Positions 22,923 through 33,216 of a stretch of DNA of 64,000 bases are shown piece by piece (position 1 is the first letter of the stretch; each line of letters begins with the position of its first letter). The notes below the pieces were generated by a model, which saw only the letters and a program-made list of their open reading frames with translations, was not told the origin of the DNA and made no database searches. This stretch comes from an uncultured delta proteobacterium (GTDB taxonomy: Bacteria; Desulfobacterota; WTBG01; CAIYCZ01). The stretch covers positions 1 to 64,000 of the forward strand of contig CAWDOY010000039.1 in the NCBI GenBank assembly GCA_963803975.1. The letters run 5' to 3'. The position numbers and the translations under genes are program-made.

Positions 22923-22951
22923 TTGACACGCACCGTCCCCGTTTTTATACT
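22923..22951 (+). promoter_or_regulatory. sigma70 promoter
   Basis: TTGACA-17 nt-TATACT upstream of 23073. Confidence 0.7.
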
Positions 22952-23072
22952 GTATTGCCTGTACAACCGTGTTCTTACGAGGCCGGCAGGGAGACGGTCT
23001 GCTTTGCAGTCTTCAGTTTCTATGCCGGCAATGATAAAACATTTTAACTTTTAGAGCTGGAAGGGGAAAACC

Positions 23073-24425
23073 ATGGCACAAGTATATGATGTGGTGATAG
23101 TTGGCGGTGGGCCTGCGGGACTCATGGCGGCAAAGGTGGCGGGGGAGAACGGCCTGAGCGTTGCTTTGCTTGAACGGAAAGAAAGCATTGCCGCAATTCA
23201 GCGCAGCTGCCAGACAATGGTTGCTATTGAAGACGAATACTATTTCGGCGAGCGGATGTTTTTAGATGAAAACAAGCACCGCATAGTTTTCCCGGTCAAT
23301 AATTTTTCGGTGCGCTATGACGGCCCGCATAAAAATTTCTACGCCTGGCACGTTTATACCCCGGACGGAAAGCACTGCGTGAAAATGGGTGATTATGAAG
23401 CAAACAAAAGCGGCGGCAGCAGGACCCGCCTTTCAGCCTTCTACAGCAAGCAGCACCTGCTGCAGGGCCTGCTTGATGACGCGCGGGCGAGCGGCGTCCA
23501 GGTTTTTTCGGGGACCAATGTTATCGGCCATAAGCGCGTTGGAGAGACCAACGCAATCCTGACCGCCGAGGGAAAGACCTATCGCGGCACCTTCACCATA
23601 GCTGCTGACGGCATAAATTCGCGGCTGGTGAAACTCCTGGGCCTGAACCGGGAGCGCTCATTTTTCGGCACCCTGGTAGGGGCCGGCTATTACATGAAGG
23701 GCGTGAGGCCGCCGTATCCTGAATCAATAAACTACCCGATTCTCTACCATAAGGGACTGCCCTATCCGATCATGATGTGGGTCGGGCTGAGCCCGTACGG
23801 CGAAGACGAATCATGGGTATACGCGGGCGGCTGCTCGCACCCGGAAATAAATTATAAAGAGGTGCTTGACCGCGCCATCCAGGACAGCCCGTTTTCATCC
23901 TGGTTCAAGAATGCCGTAATTCTTCGGCAGCACGCGCATGTGGCAAACATCTGGTCACCGGTGCCGACCCCGTTTCTGGATAATGTCCTTATCACCGGCG
24001 ATGCCGGCTGGACCGTTGAGGCGGAATGCACCGGGTCAATGATGACCGGCCGCAGAGCCGCGAACGCCATCACCGAGGCGCTGCGCGATGGCCGGCCGAA
24101 CCGGGACGGTGTGAAGAACTATATTGACTGGTGGCAGAAGAATTTCCCCGGCTTCATGGATTACCGGGAGTTCCTGACCCTTATGACCTCAGGGCTTGCC
24201 GGAGAAGATATCGCCAATTATCTCTACAAGCTCGTGACAGAAACCCTTCCCTGTTCGCTTAACCCCTACAACCTGATAAAAAATATCAACGGGTCGATTA
24301 TGGGAAAAATTGCCACCATCCAGAAAGAGCGGCCCGATATTATCACCATGATGCAGACCGTGGCCACCATACCGGTTGAAAAGCAGATGAAACCGTTTAC
24401 CATAAACGGGTTCCCTAATTATTAA
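23073..24425 (+). CDS. Geranylgeranyl reductase/FixC-like FAD oxidoreductase
   Basis: YDVVIVGGGPAG, IAADGINS, LITGDAG. Confidence 0.88.
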   Translation: MAQVYDVVIVGGGPAGLMAAKVAGENGLSVALLERKESIAAIQRSCQTMVAIEDEYYFGERMFLDENKHRIVFPVNNFSVRYDGPHKNFYAWHVYTPDGKHCVKMGDYEANKSGGSRTRLSAFYSKQHLLQGLLDDARASGVQVFSGTNVIGHKRVGETNAILTAEGKTYRGTFTIAADGINSRLVKLLGLNRERSFFGTLVGAGYYMKGVRPPYPESINYPILYHKGLPYPIMMWVGLSPYGEDESWVYAGGCSHPEINYKEVLDRAIQDSPFSSWFKNAVILRQHAHVANIWSPVPTPFLDNVLITGDAGWTVEAECTGSMMTGRRAANAITEALRDGRPNRDGVKNYIDWWQKNFPGFMDYREFLTLMTSGLAGEDIANYLYKLVTETLPCSLNPYNLIKNINGSIMGKIATIQKERPDIITMMQTVATIPVEKQMKPFTINGFPNY

Positions 24426-24457
24426 TAACGAACGCAGATACCAGACAGGACAATACA

Positions 24458-25814
24458 ATGGCTAAAACATATGATGTCATAATTGTAGGAGCGGGCCCGT
24501 CGGGACTGCTTGCGGCAAAGGCCGCGGGGCAGGCCGGATTTTCTGTTGCGCTGCTGGAGCGAAAGGCTGATATCACCCGCCTGGAGCGGGCGTGCGGCCA
24601 GACCCTGGTTTCAGTAAATGACTACTATTTTGACGATGTGGTCCACTATAACCGGAAGGGGAAGCGGATCGCGTTCATCAAGAACGGGTTTTCCTTTGCC
24701 TATGACGGGCCGGTGAAAAACTGCGCTGCCTGGCACATTTTTTCTCCTGGCGGAAACCGCCTGCCGTTCGGCCTGCCGGAGGAAACCAGAAAAAAAGGAG
24801 ATTTCGGCGCGGTGGGCATTGCCTATGATAAAGAGATACTGTTCCGCTGCCTGCTTGATGAGGTGCGGCAGGCAGGGGTGGAGGTCATTACCGGAATCGA
24901 TGTCGCCGGTGTTACCCCGGCCGATGCTGGCGTCACCGTGAAGCGGCAGCGGCAAAAGCTTTGAGGCGGAATATCTCATTGCCGCTGACGGCTGCAACTC
25001 GCGCATCGCGCGGATGCTCGGGTTTAACAAGGGCCGGACGTTTTACAGCTACCTGCTGTCCAAGGGCTGGTACATGCGCAATGTGAAGGCTCCGGCCTCT
25101 GATCTTCTAATATCGAGCATCACGCAGAAGACCATTGCCCCGGGGCTGATGTTTATCTTCCCCCGGCCCTACGCGGATGATCTTAATGTGATATTTCTTA
25201 CCCTTGACCCGCGGGTCAGCCTGGACGAGGTTGCTGATTATTTTACAAAAGAAAATCCTTTCTTCTCGAAATGGTTCCAGGGCGCCGAGCGGCTGAAAGA
25301 ATCTGCCTCTGCCCAGTATATTTATTCTCCGGTGCTTGAGCCCTATTGCGACCGGGTGCTGCTTGCCGGCGATACCGGTGCCTGCCAGGAGCTGGAAAAT
25401 TCCGGGGCCATGATCAGCGGCTGGAAGGCAGGGAGCGCGGTTGCCGCAGCACTGAAAGAGAACCGGGTGGGTCTGGCCTCCCAGGCTATTCCACAGTACG
25501 TAGCGTGGTGGAAGTCAACCTACATTGAGAAGTGCCCGCATGAAGCATACCTCATGAACTTCGCGCTGCCGTATGTGATGGACCGGGAAGAGGACCTTGA
25601 TTATATTTTCAGCCTGGTTAAAAATCCGCTGCCGCCGTGCTGGAATCCCTATGCCGCAATAGCCCACATGGGCGGGCTGATACAGAGCCTGGTCCCAACC
25701 ATACAGAAAGAGCGGCCTGATCTTATGCCGAAGCTTGCGGCCATGTCACGCCCCATGACTGAGATTCTTAGCGTCACCACTGCAGCGTGCAGCCCGCTGC
25801 AGGATCTTGACTAA
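24458..25814 (+). CDS. Geranylgeranyl reductase/FixC-like FAD oxidoreductase (frameshift near 24945)
   Basis: YDVIIVGAGPSG; after the shift FEAEYLIAADGCNS and LLAGDTG; joins track ORFs 24458 and 25014. Confidence 0.85.
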
Positions 25815-25828
25815 GCCTTTCAAAATGT

Positions 25829-25869
25829 AAAGGGGGCGGTGCCATGGTAATCACACCGTCCCCTTTTTT
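25829..25869 (+). terminator. Rho-independent terminator
   Basis: AAGGGGGCGGTG...CACCGTCCCCTTTTTT. Confidence 0.7.
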
Positions 25870-25934
25870 CTGCGCACTCCCTTATTATCTTTATTATAAA
25901 CAGTCAGCTTTTCAGTAACGCCGGCAGGAAAGAA

Positions 25935-26684
25935 TTATCGTAATGCCTCAAGGTCCTGTTTCAAGAGCAGGTGCCCGGTGAACGAGGCCGGGTCACGGGC
26001 TGCCACCAGTGCTGCGTAGCTGCCCCAGATAGCGGGAGGGTCCCATCCGGAGCGGTCGATGTTCGGATTGAGGAAGGCCCAGCCTTCGCTCTCCGTGTTG
26101 TCAGGCATGAGGGCGTTTACGGCAATTGCGTACTGCTTCAGCTCTTCAGCCAGGCCCAGGGTGAGGCGGTTTATGGCCGCCTTGGTCACGTCATAGGCAA
26201 TGCCGGTAAAGGGCTGATGATGCAGCTTCTGCGTCACCACTGAAGATATATTAATAATATGGCCCTGCTGCTGCCGCATCATGGCGGGCAGCACCGCGCG
26301 GGTGCAGAGCACAGTGCCCCGCAGGTTGACCTCCAGGATCCGGTCCCAGTGTTTTTGCGGCATTTCATGAAAGCAAGCGGGGAAATTGGTGGCCGCGTTA
26401 TTGACCAGGATATCGATGCGGCCCCATTCAGCGAGCGTTTTTTCAACCATCCCGGCCACTGATGTTTCTCTGGTGACATCGGTTTTAAATGCAAGGGCGC
26501 TGCCGCCGCAACTGCGGATTTCTTCGGCTGTGGTTTCAATGCTGCCGGCTATGACCGGAAGCTCGCGAAAGGTTCTGGCCGCAACCACTACGCGCGCTCC
26601 TTCCCCGGCCAGGGCAATGGCGATGGCCTTTCCTATGCCCCGGCTGGCGCCGGTGACGATGGCGACTCTGTCATGTAATGTCAT
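25935..26684 (-). CDS. SDR family oxidoreductase
   Basis: TGASRGIG, DILVNNA, NISS, YDVTK. Confidence 0.93.
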   Translation of the reverse strand: MTLHDRVAIVTGASRGIGKAIAIALAGEGARVVVAARTFRELPVIAGSIETTAEEIRSCGGSALAFKTDVTRETSVAGMVEKTLAEWGRIDILVNNAATNFPACFHEMPQKHWDRILEVNLRGTVLCTRAVLPAMMRQQQGHIINISSVVTQKLHHQPFTGIAYDVTKAAINRLTLGLAEELKQYAIAVNALMPDNTESEGWAFLNPNIDRSGWDPPAIWGSYAALVAARDPASFTGHLLLKQDLEALR

Positions 26685-26967
26685 GGAGTTTGCTGTGAGA
26701 TAGTTTTTTTTACGCTGCTGCCGGGTATTGTAAATGTATTACCGTAAGAATGCAAACAGAAGAAAAAAGGGGGCGCAGCCGGCGCCGTCTCCAACCCCTC
26801 TTCCCCGTTATCCAACTCTCCTCTTGACTACCCACTACTGCAGGGATATATGCGTATAACAGGTACGGGGGGATACCCACTGCTGCTCAAACTATTACCG
26901 CTCAGTGTCGGCGGGGAGCAATAAATAGTACTGTCTGATGAAACGGATAAAAAAAGAGGAGGCAATC

Positions 26968-29070
26968 ATGAGCAATAATTCTGCAGCTGCTTTATTAGTC
27001 GCGGTACTGGCTATTGTTTCCGGCACCCCTGCTCATTCTGCGGGTGTGCCGGGTGAGTGCAGAAATCCTGCAGCCTGTTATCAATGCCACGAGCAGGATG
27101 CAATCAAGGATGCCGACCTCGGATGCGACCGGGGACGCTGGTCCCCGACAGCACCGATAAACATCCCGCGGGACCTTGCCACGAAAACGGTTCTCAGGGA
27201 CGGGCGGGTGCTGGTAACGGGCGGGGCAATACTTCCTGATTTTACCACGGTAACAAGTGCTGAAATCTTTGATCCCGAAACCCTTTCATTCACGCTCCTG
27301 TTATCAACGCTGTCAGAACCCAAGTGGAGCCACGAAGCCCTGACCCTTGCCGACGGGAGAGTGCTTATAGCCGGGGGCCGCAACGCCCAGAGCCCCGCTG
27401 CCCCGGGAGCGCGGGTGCTGAGCAGCGCTGATCTCTTTGATCCGCAGACCAATACCTTTACGCCCACAGGATCCATGCAGGTTGCGCGCAGAGATCCCAG
27501 TCTGGTGCTCCTTGATGACGGCCGGGTACTCGTCACCGGCGGGGGACCGGGAGTTTCCATAAGCACAACCATGGGCCTGGACAGCGCTGAAATTTATGAT
27601 TCCAAGACCGGCACCTTCAGGCTCCTGAGTTCAAAGATGAGTTCATTGCGCATTTTCCACCACGCGATTAAGCTGCCGGATGGAAGGGTGCTCGTGGCAG
27701 GAGGGTCACAGGGCCCGGGATTTAACAATGCCCTCAAGACAGCCGACATCTTTGATCCCAAAACAGAAACGTTTGCGCCGGCAGGAGAGATGCATACTTC
27801 ACGGTTAGTGCCTGCCGCGGTGCTCCTGCGGGACGGCCGGGTTGTGTTTGCAGGCTCGTTTAATAATCCGCCTTTCAGAATCGGAAATGAAGCAGAAGTA
27901 TATGATCCGGCTGCCAATACCTTTACCCCTGTGGAAAAAACTTTTTTCCACGGGCAGGGTGATCAATATCCCGTGCGGCTGCTGGACGGTACTGCCATGT
28001 TTCCCGGCGGCGTCAATACCCGCAGCCAGATAGCGAGCACCGTGTACCTGTACCGGCCTGAGTCCAATGATTTTGTGACAACGGACTCGGCGCTGTTCGC
28101 GCGGAAATCCTGCAAGACGGTTGTCCTTCCTGACGGCAGGCCGGTGCTCATCGGAGGTTTTGACTTTCGAAAAATCGTGGGCATCGGAGAGGTCTATACG
28201 CCTTCGGTCGTGTCGCAGGCACGGGGGCTGCAGAACGTGATAGCCGACGCGCCGGCAGCAGCTTTCAGGCTGAGCGTTTTCAAGTACATCATGGCATACT
28301 GGGCTGACATGGCATCGAGCCTGATTGAAAAAGAGAATTACGAGCTGGCCGGCGCCATTGCAGAGAACATGATTCTAAAGCGCATCGACGGCTGTTCAGG
28401 CGGCAGTGCAGTTTTTGACTGGATCAGGGAATGCGACGCACAGATAAAAATTTACGCGCCCGCCAGGCTGCTGGTCAGAACACTCAGCCAGCTGACCGGG
28501 AAAATACAACCGCCGGCATTAAGTTCCAGCGCTGACGTTACCTCAGGCGGCATTCCCCTTGAAGTGCACTTCACCGGCACCGCAGCCGCCACCAACGGGA
28601 CCATAGTGCGCTACTGGTGGGATTTCGGGGATGGCAAAAGCAGCACCGAACAGAATCCCGCGCACACGTACCAGTGTCCGGGGAGCTATGAAGCCACCTT
28701 CGGCGTAGTTGACAATAACGGCAACGGCACCCTCGACAAGGCGATCACAATCAAAGGCGACTACCCGGAGGGGAAGACCACCTCTTTTTCGTGTGATTTG
28801 CTCCCCTTTTACAAGGCCATGGTATGCACCCAGTGCCACAACCAGAATGCCGATTCAAAAGCAGGACTTGATCTCAGCAGCTATGCCGGACTTATCAAAG
28901 GAAGCAAAAACGGCCCGGTTGTGATCCCGGGTGACCCGGACAACAGCGTGCTCGTGCAGATCACCGGCCCTCCCAGGAATCACGCGGCAGATGTCGGCGC
29001 AAAGCCCTACCCAAAAGAGATGTGGGACCGGCAGCGGGCGTGGGTAGCGGAGGGAGCCCTGGACAATTAA
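26968..29070 (+). CDS. Secreted Kelch-repeat / PKD / cytochrome c multidomain protein
   Basis: Signal peptide (PAHSA|); CYQCH; about six L.DGRVLV.GG...AEIFDP repeats; PKD (WDFGDG..STEQNPAHTY); C-terminal CTQCH..GLDLSSY..G..GPVVIPGDPDNS..W..EGA (planctomycete cytochrome c-like). RBS GAGGAGG favours ATG 26968. Confidence 0.88.
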   Translation: MSNNSAAALLVAVLAIVSGTPAHSAGVPGECRNPAACYQCHEQDAIKDADLGCDRGRWSPTAPINIPRDLATKTVLRDGRVLVTGGAILPDFTTVTSAEIFDPETLSFTLLLSTLSEPKWSHEALTLADGRVLIAGGRNAQSPAAPGARVLSSADLFDPQTNTFTPTGSMQVARRDPSLVLLDDGRVLVTGGGPGVSISTTMGLDSAEIYDSKTGTFRLLSSKMSSLRIFHHAIKLPDGRVLVAGGSQGPGFNNALKTADIFDPKTETFAPAGEMHTSRLVPAAVLLRDGRVVFAGSFNNPPFRIGNEAEVYDPAANTFTPVEKTFFHGQGDQYPVRLLDGTAMFPGGVNTRSQIASTVYLYRPESNDFVTTDSALFARKSCKTVVLPDGRPVLIGGFDFRKIVGIGEVYTPSVVSQARGLQNVIADAPAAAFRLSVFKYIMAYWADMASSLIEKENYELAGAIAENMILKRIDGCSGGSAVFDWIRECDAQIKIYAPARLLVRTLSQLTGKIQPPALSSSADVTSGGIPLEVHFTGTAAATNGTIVRYWWDFGDGKSSTEQNPAHTYQCPGSYEATFGVVDNNGNGTLDKAITIKGDYPEGKTTSFSCDLLPFYKAMVCTQCHNQNADSKAGLDLSSYAGLIKGSKNGPVVIPGDPDNSVLVQITGPPRNHAADVGAKPYPKEMWDRQRAWVAEGALDN

Positions 29071-29082
29071 CCGGCCGGCGAG

Positions 29083-29117
29083 AAAAAAGGTGTCTGTTTA
29101 AGCAGATGCCTTTTTTT
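29083..29117 (+). terminator. Rho-independent terminator
   Basis: AAAAAAGGTGTCTG-TTTAAG-CAGATGCCTTTTTTT. Confidence 0.75.
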
Positions 29118-29266
29118 ATTTTTATAACGGCCCATAAGAAAGCTTGAAAAACTCTCTCCAGGTACTGTAATATAAAAATCTAAAACCGGGATGAAAGTAA
29201 AACCACAGAGACCGCGGAGAGGTTCTCTGTGACCTGTGGTTAGGTTTAAAATCGGAGGAAGAATAT

Positions 29267-29662
29267 ATGAAATGGGATTTTACCGGTGAACAGGTTGTAA
29301 AGGCCGAGGTTGACTATAGCCTTGAGGAATTCAGGGAAGATTTTTATCTGGAGGTACAGGAAAACTTCCCTGAATATGAGAAGAAAGCGCTCGATTCCAT
29401 CTACCGGCTTGCCTATGATGTCTGCTACTGCGTAGCTACCCAGCGCGACCTGGCAGAGCTGCTGAAGCACTGCAAAAAAAAAGGCATCAAGGCGGACTTG
29501 AAATATCTTGAACTTATCCGCGATTCCAACCTGGAAAATATTGATATGCTGAAAGCGATCTTTGCCAGAAAGGTATCGGAATTTATGGATGCGGGGCTCA
29601 ACAGCAAGGACGCTTTAAACAGGCTGGATGAGTATCATAAAACCGTTATATCCGGCTCTTAG
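29267..29662 (+). CDS. Hypothetical protein
   Basis: RBS GGAGG, 131-aa ORF with protein-like composition. Confidence 0.7.
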   Translation: MKWDFTGEQVVKAEVDYSLEEFREDFYLEVQENFPEYEKKALDSIYRLAYDVCYCVATQRDLAELLKHCKKKGIKADLKYLELIRDSNLENIDMLKAIFARKVSEFMDAGLNSKDALNRLDEYHKTVISGS

Positions 29663-29943
29663 TCAGAGGGTTGAGGGCGTAAGTGCCAGGGGCACAGCAA
29701 ACTAAAAAATGACATTTGAAGGTGTGCCCCGTTAGTTCCTGTCAGGCAACGTTTCCCGGAAGCTGTGTGCAGAGGTAACCTTTGTCCCCGCTGCCGGCGT
29801 TACGGTTTCAGCTCTTGGTGTCGCCGATGAGGTGGTCTTCCAGTTTAAGGAACGATTGATAAAATTTTAGCTGCTTATAAATAAACGAGAAACCATCTGT
29901 AGCGGCTGCACTTCCATGCTCTACGCTGCAGCCCGGATTCCAT

Positions 29944-30738
29944 CTATTTCCCCAACCACTTCCAATCCGCGACAGTATACAGGGGGAGCATAGGAATAAG
30001 GACCGGGGTAGTTCTGCCATACTCCTGATATGCGGGGTCTGATCCGTAATTCTTGTTCTGGCGCAGTTCCAGCCTGCGGGTTGAACCGAACATGACGTAA
30101 ACTAAGCCGATGTATCCTGCAAGCGAAAAGGCAATCTGGAACCATCCGGATAAACAGGGCATGGATGACACAAAGACTCCGGTCCAGACAATAATTTCGC
30201 CGAAATAGTTGGGACAGCGTACCATCTTGAAAAGTCCCCGGCTGCAAAAAGTTTTGGGGTTCTCTTTTTTCGCCCTGTTTTTCTGCGCATCGGCAACAGT
30301 CTGCAAAAGAAAGCCTATGGCTACCACGACAATGCCGGCATACAGCCACCCGGCATAAGCTTCCTGCAATCCGTTCTGCAGTCTGAAGAACACCGGCGAC
30401 ACCTGCATCACATACAGAATGGAGCAGAAAATCCAGATAGGGATTTTAACAAAAAACGGAATTTTCTTAAATCCGGTTGAGGCTTCATCCAGGACCTTGC
30501 GGTACGCGACGTTTTTATATTCACGGATAACAACAAAAATTCCAAGCCGTGCCGCGTACACGGCAACGATGGCAAGGAGAATAGCAACCGGAAGTGTAAG
30601 AGACGTCCCAAAGCCGATCAGCATGGCAACAGCCAATCCAGCAACGGAAAACGCGTATCCGATGGAAATGAAATAAACAAACTTGTAAAATCCTGCAGCG
30701 GTAATGACGGCAGCGACAGCAAGTAATACGTAAAACAT
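29944..30738 (-). CDS. DUF1295 / steroid 5-alpha-reductase-like membrane protein
   Basis: Hydrophobic helices, ADAQK, GLFKMVRCPNYFGE, YQEY. Confidence 0.85.
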   Translation of the reverse strand: MFYVLLAVAAVITAAGFYKFVYFISIGYAFSVAGLAVAMLIGFGTSLTLPVAILLAIVAVYAARLGIFVVIREYKNVAYRKVLDEASTGFKKIPFFVKIPIWIFCSILYVMQVSPVFFRLQNGLQEAYAGWLYAGIVVVAIGFLLQTVADAQKNRAKKENPKTFCSRGLFKMVRCPNYFGEIIVWTGVFVSSMPCLSGWFQIAFSLAGYIGLVYVMFGSTRRLELRQNKNYGSDPAYQEYGRTTPVLIPMLPLYTVADWKWLGK

Positions 30739-31026
30739 AACAGGTCTCCTTTATTCAAAAACAGGTTTTAGACTTGAAATGATGAAATTCAAAATATTGC
30801 AGCAGATCTTTATGTTCTAAAACTGTAGCTAATGTACCAGCAGCGAGAGTAGTGAGTCAACCATAAATTTATTGCAGATTTCTTTCCGCAAAGCAACACT
30901 GGCAAGCAAAAAAAATCATCGTACGCGTGAAATTTAACCAACAAGATCACACCTCAATATATTGATGCAGAAACAGCAGGACCATCGCTGACCCTGACGC
31001 TGGTGTGTAATGTGATTTATTCTCTT

Positions 31027-31073
31027 GAATCAGTGCCATATATTAAATTACTAAATATATATGGCGCTGATTC
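31027..31073. repeat. Long inverted repeat in AT-rich intergenic DNA
   Basis: GAATCAGTGCCATATATT ... AATATATATGGCGCTGATTC. Confidence 0.6.
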
Positions 31074-31220
31074 CCCCCGTTTCCACAAGAAAATAAATCT
31101 GATCCCATTCCCCCTCCACTGGTGCCAAATGGCGCTATGAAAGTCTATCACTGATACAATGTGTCTTTGCAATAAATAAGCACGCCTATTTTTATGACAT
31201 TGCATAAAGAGGGCATACTT

Positions 31221-31298
31221 CTATATAGTGTATTAAACAAAATTTAACACACTAAATATAGTTTTTTTTCTTGACAAAAGGATATTTTTAACTATATA
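31221..31298 (+). promoter_or_regulatory. Palindrome followed by a putative sigma70 promoter upstream of the ParA-CBM gene
   Basis: CTATATAGTGT..ACACTAAATATAG inverted repeat, then TTGACA-16 nt-TATATA. Confidence 0.45.
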
Positions 31299-31515
31299 GG
31301 TAATTTAATATAAATAAAAATAAGTTAATTTTATTCTGTTTTTCGCAATCTTCGTTTTTATTGTTCCCTTTATTGTTGGAAGAGAAAATTCTCTTTGAGA
31401 AGCTATATGATTTAAATGCCCGGAACAACAGAAGGCATTGAATCTATTTGCACTCTAAATAGAGACATTAAAGACAACAATATTAGTCCTGGGAAATGCC
31501 AGGAAAGGGGGTAAT

Positions 31516-32595
31516 ATGCGGAAGATAGCAATTATAAATCAAAAAGGAGGATGCGGAAAAACAACCACAGCTATAAACCTTGCTGCCTGCCTCGCTGAAA
31601 AAGATAAAAAAGTTCTACTCATTGATTTAGATCCTCAGGCACATTCAACCATTGGTCTTCTGAAAACCAATGATGACCTTGATAAGACCATTTTCGATGT
31701 GCTGTGCTTTCCTGAAAATATTTCCATAGATGAAACCATAATAGTGCTGGGGGAATATTTTTCTCTAATTCCTTCACATGTCATTCTCAGTGCAGCCGAG
31801 CAAAAGTTATCAGGGGTATCTGGCCGTGAGGACCGGCTCAGAAACAGCATTGCAGCACTCAATAATACATACCAGTATATACTGATTGACTGCCCGCCTT
31901 CTATCGGGCTGCTAACCTTTAATGCGCTCAAAGCATGCACTGAAGTAATTGTGCCTATTGAACCAAGCATCTATTCTCTTCACGGCCTTACCAAACTCCT
32001 GGAAACTATTGATATTATCCAGCATGAGCAAAATCATTACATTTCCATTAAAGCCCTTGCGACAATGGTAAATATGCACACATCTTTTTGCAGAGAAATT
32101 ATTAACAATGTCAGCAATCAATTTGGACCCAATCTGTATCACACGATGATTCGCTATACCACCCGACTTAAAGAAGCTGCTTCTTATGCTCGCCCTGTCT
32201 TATGCTATGATAAACATTGCTCAGGATACCAGGATTATTGCCAGTTGGCTGAGGAAGTAATAGCAGAAGAGACCGTAACGACCAGGGTCAGAAAAGATAG
32301 TATGAAGGCACAGCACGTTAGCCCCAGGAAAGTTGAAAATGGAGTAATATTTACTTTAAACGCCCCCCTTAATGCACAAGTGCTTCTTGTGGGTGATTTT
32401 AATGCCTGGTCTGCAGAGCACGGCGAAATGACCTATGTTCCGGAGGAACAGGTGTGGAAGCGGTTTGTTTCACTTCCTCCAGGGAAATATCACTATAAAT
32501 TCATTGTGAATGGTGAATGGCTTTTTGACCCGGCAAATCCTCATGAAGGAGAGAATGCTTTTGGTGGCAAGAACTCAGTCATACAAGTCAACTGA
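31516..32595 (+). CDS. ParA/Soj family ATPase fused to a C-terminal CBM48/AMPK-beta-type glycogen-binding domain
   Basis: [24 protein letters not shown]-terminus [10 protein letters not shown]...[33 protein letters not shown]. Confidence 0.92.
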   Translation: MRKIAIINQKGGCGKTTTAINLAACLAEKDKKVLLIDLDPQAHSTIGLLKTNDDLDKTIFDVLCFPENISIDETIIVLGEYFSLIPSHVILSAAEQKLSGVSGREDRLRNSIAALNNTYQYILIDCPPSIGLLTFNALKACTEVIVPIEPSIYSLHGLTKLLETIDIIQHEQNHYISIKALATMVNMHTSFCREIINNVSNQFGPNLYHTMIRYTTRLKEAASYARPVLCYDKHCSGYQDYCQLAEEVIAEETVTTRVRKDSMKAQHVSPRKVENGVIFTLNAPLNAQVLLVGDFNAWSAEHGEMTYVPEEQVWKRFVSLPPGKYHYKFIVNGEWLFDPANPHEGENAFGGKNSVIQVN

Positions 32596-32622
32596 TTTCA
32601 CGGAAAATCAGGAGGAAAGAAC

Positions 32623-32982
32623 ATGTTTAAGATAAAAAAGACCGCCAAAGTTAACAATGAAGCACAAAAAATTAGCGGCATAAAGAAGGAATACCTTGCG
32701 AGCGTAAACATGTGCAAGGTAACTTTCACGCTGCCAAACAGTGCTGCTCCTGATTCAAAGAGCGTTCATCTTGTTGGAGAGTTTAATAATTGGGATATAA
32801 ACGCTCATCAGATGAAACGATCAAAGAATGGAGAGTATACTATCACTCTCAAAATTGCGCCGGGAAAGGACTATGAATTTCGTTATCTCATCGATCAATC
32901 TAAATGGGAAAACGACTATCATGCTGATAAATATGTGAGAAGTCCCTTTGGAGATAGTGATAATTCAATTGTTACCGTTTGA
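32623..32982 (+). CDS. Stand-alone CBM48 / isoamylase early-set domain protein
   Basis: KVTFTL..VHLVGEFNNW..M..GKDYEFRYLID..WEND..AD..SPFG..NS. Confidence 0.9.
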   Translation: MFKIKKTAKVNNEAQKISGIKKEYLASVNMCKVTFTLPNSAAPDSKSVHLVGEFNNWDINAHQMKRSKNGEYTITLKIAPGKDYEFRYLIDQSKWENDYHADKYVRSPFGDSDNSIVTV

Positions 32983-33216
32983 AAACTTTTGTTTGCTGAT
33001 AAAGTCATACGCATTGCACCGAAGTTGAAGAAAAAAAAAGGGGGGGGTCAGCACCGAGAAATAAATTAATCTGTTTCATTTCAGTGTAGATTTGAAAATC
33101 AGCCATTGTCCGATGGAGTTAAAACCATATTTCAGAAACTGCCAGTTCAAATCCAAATTGCTATAAATTAGATTGCAGATGGCTGCTCTAACAACTGTTT
33201 TGAAACAGAACCGACG

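Noticed and set aside
31516..32595. Plasmid or chromosome partition locus
   Set aside because: No parB, parS palindrome or replication gene was seen in the window
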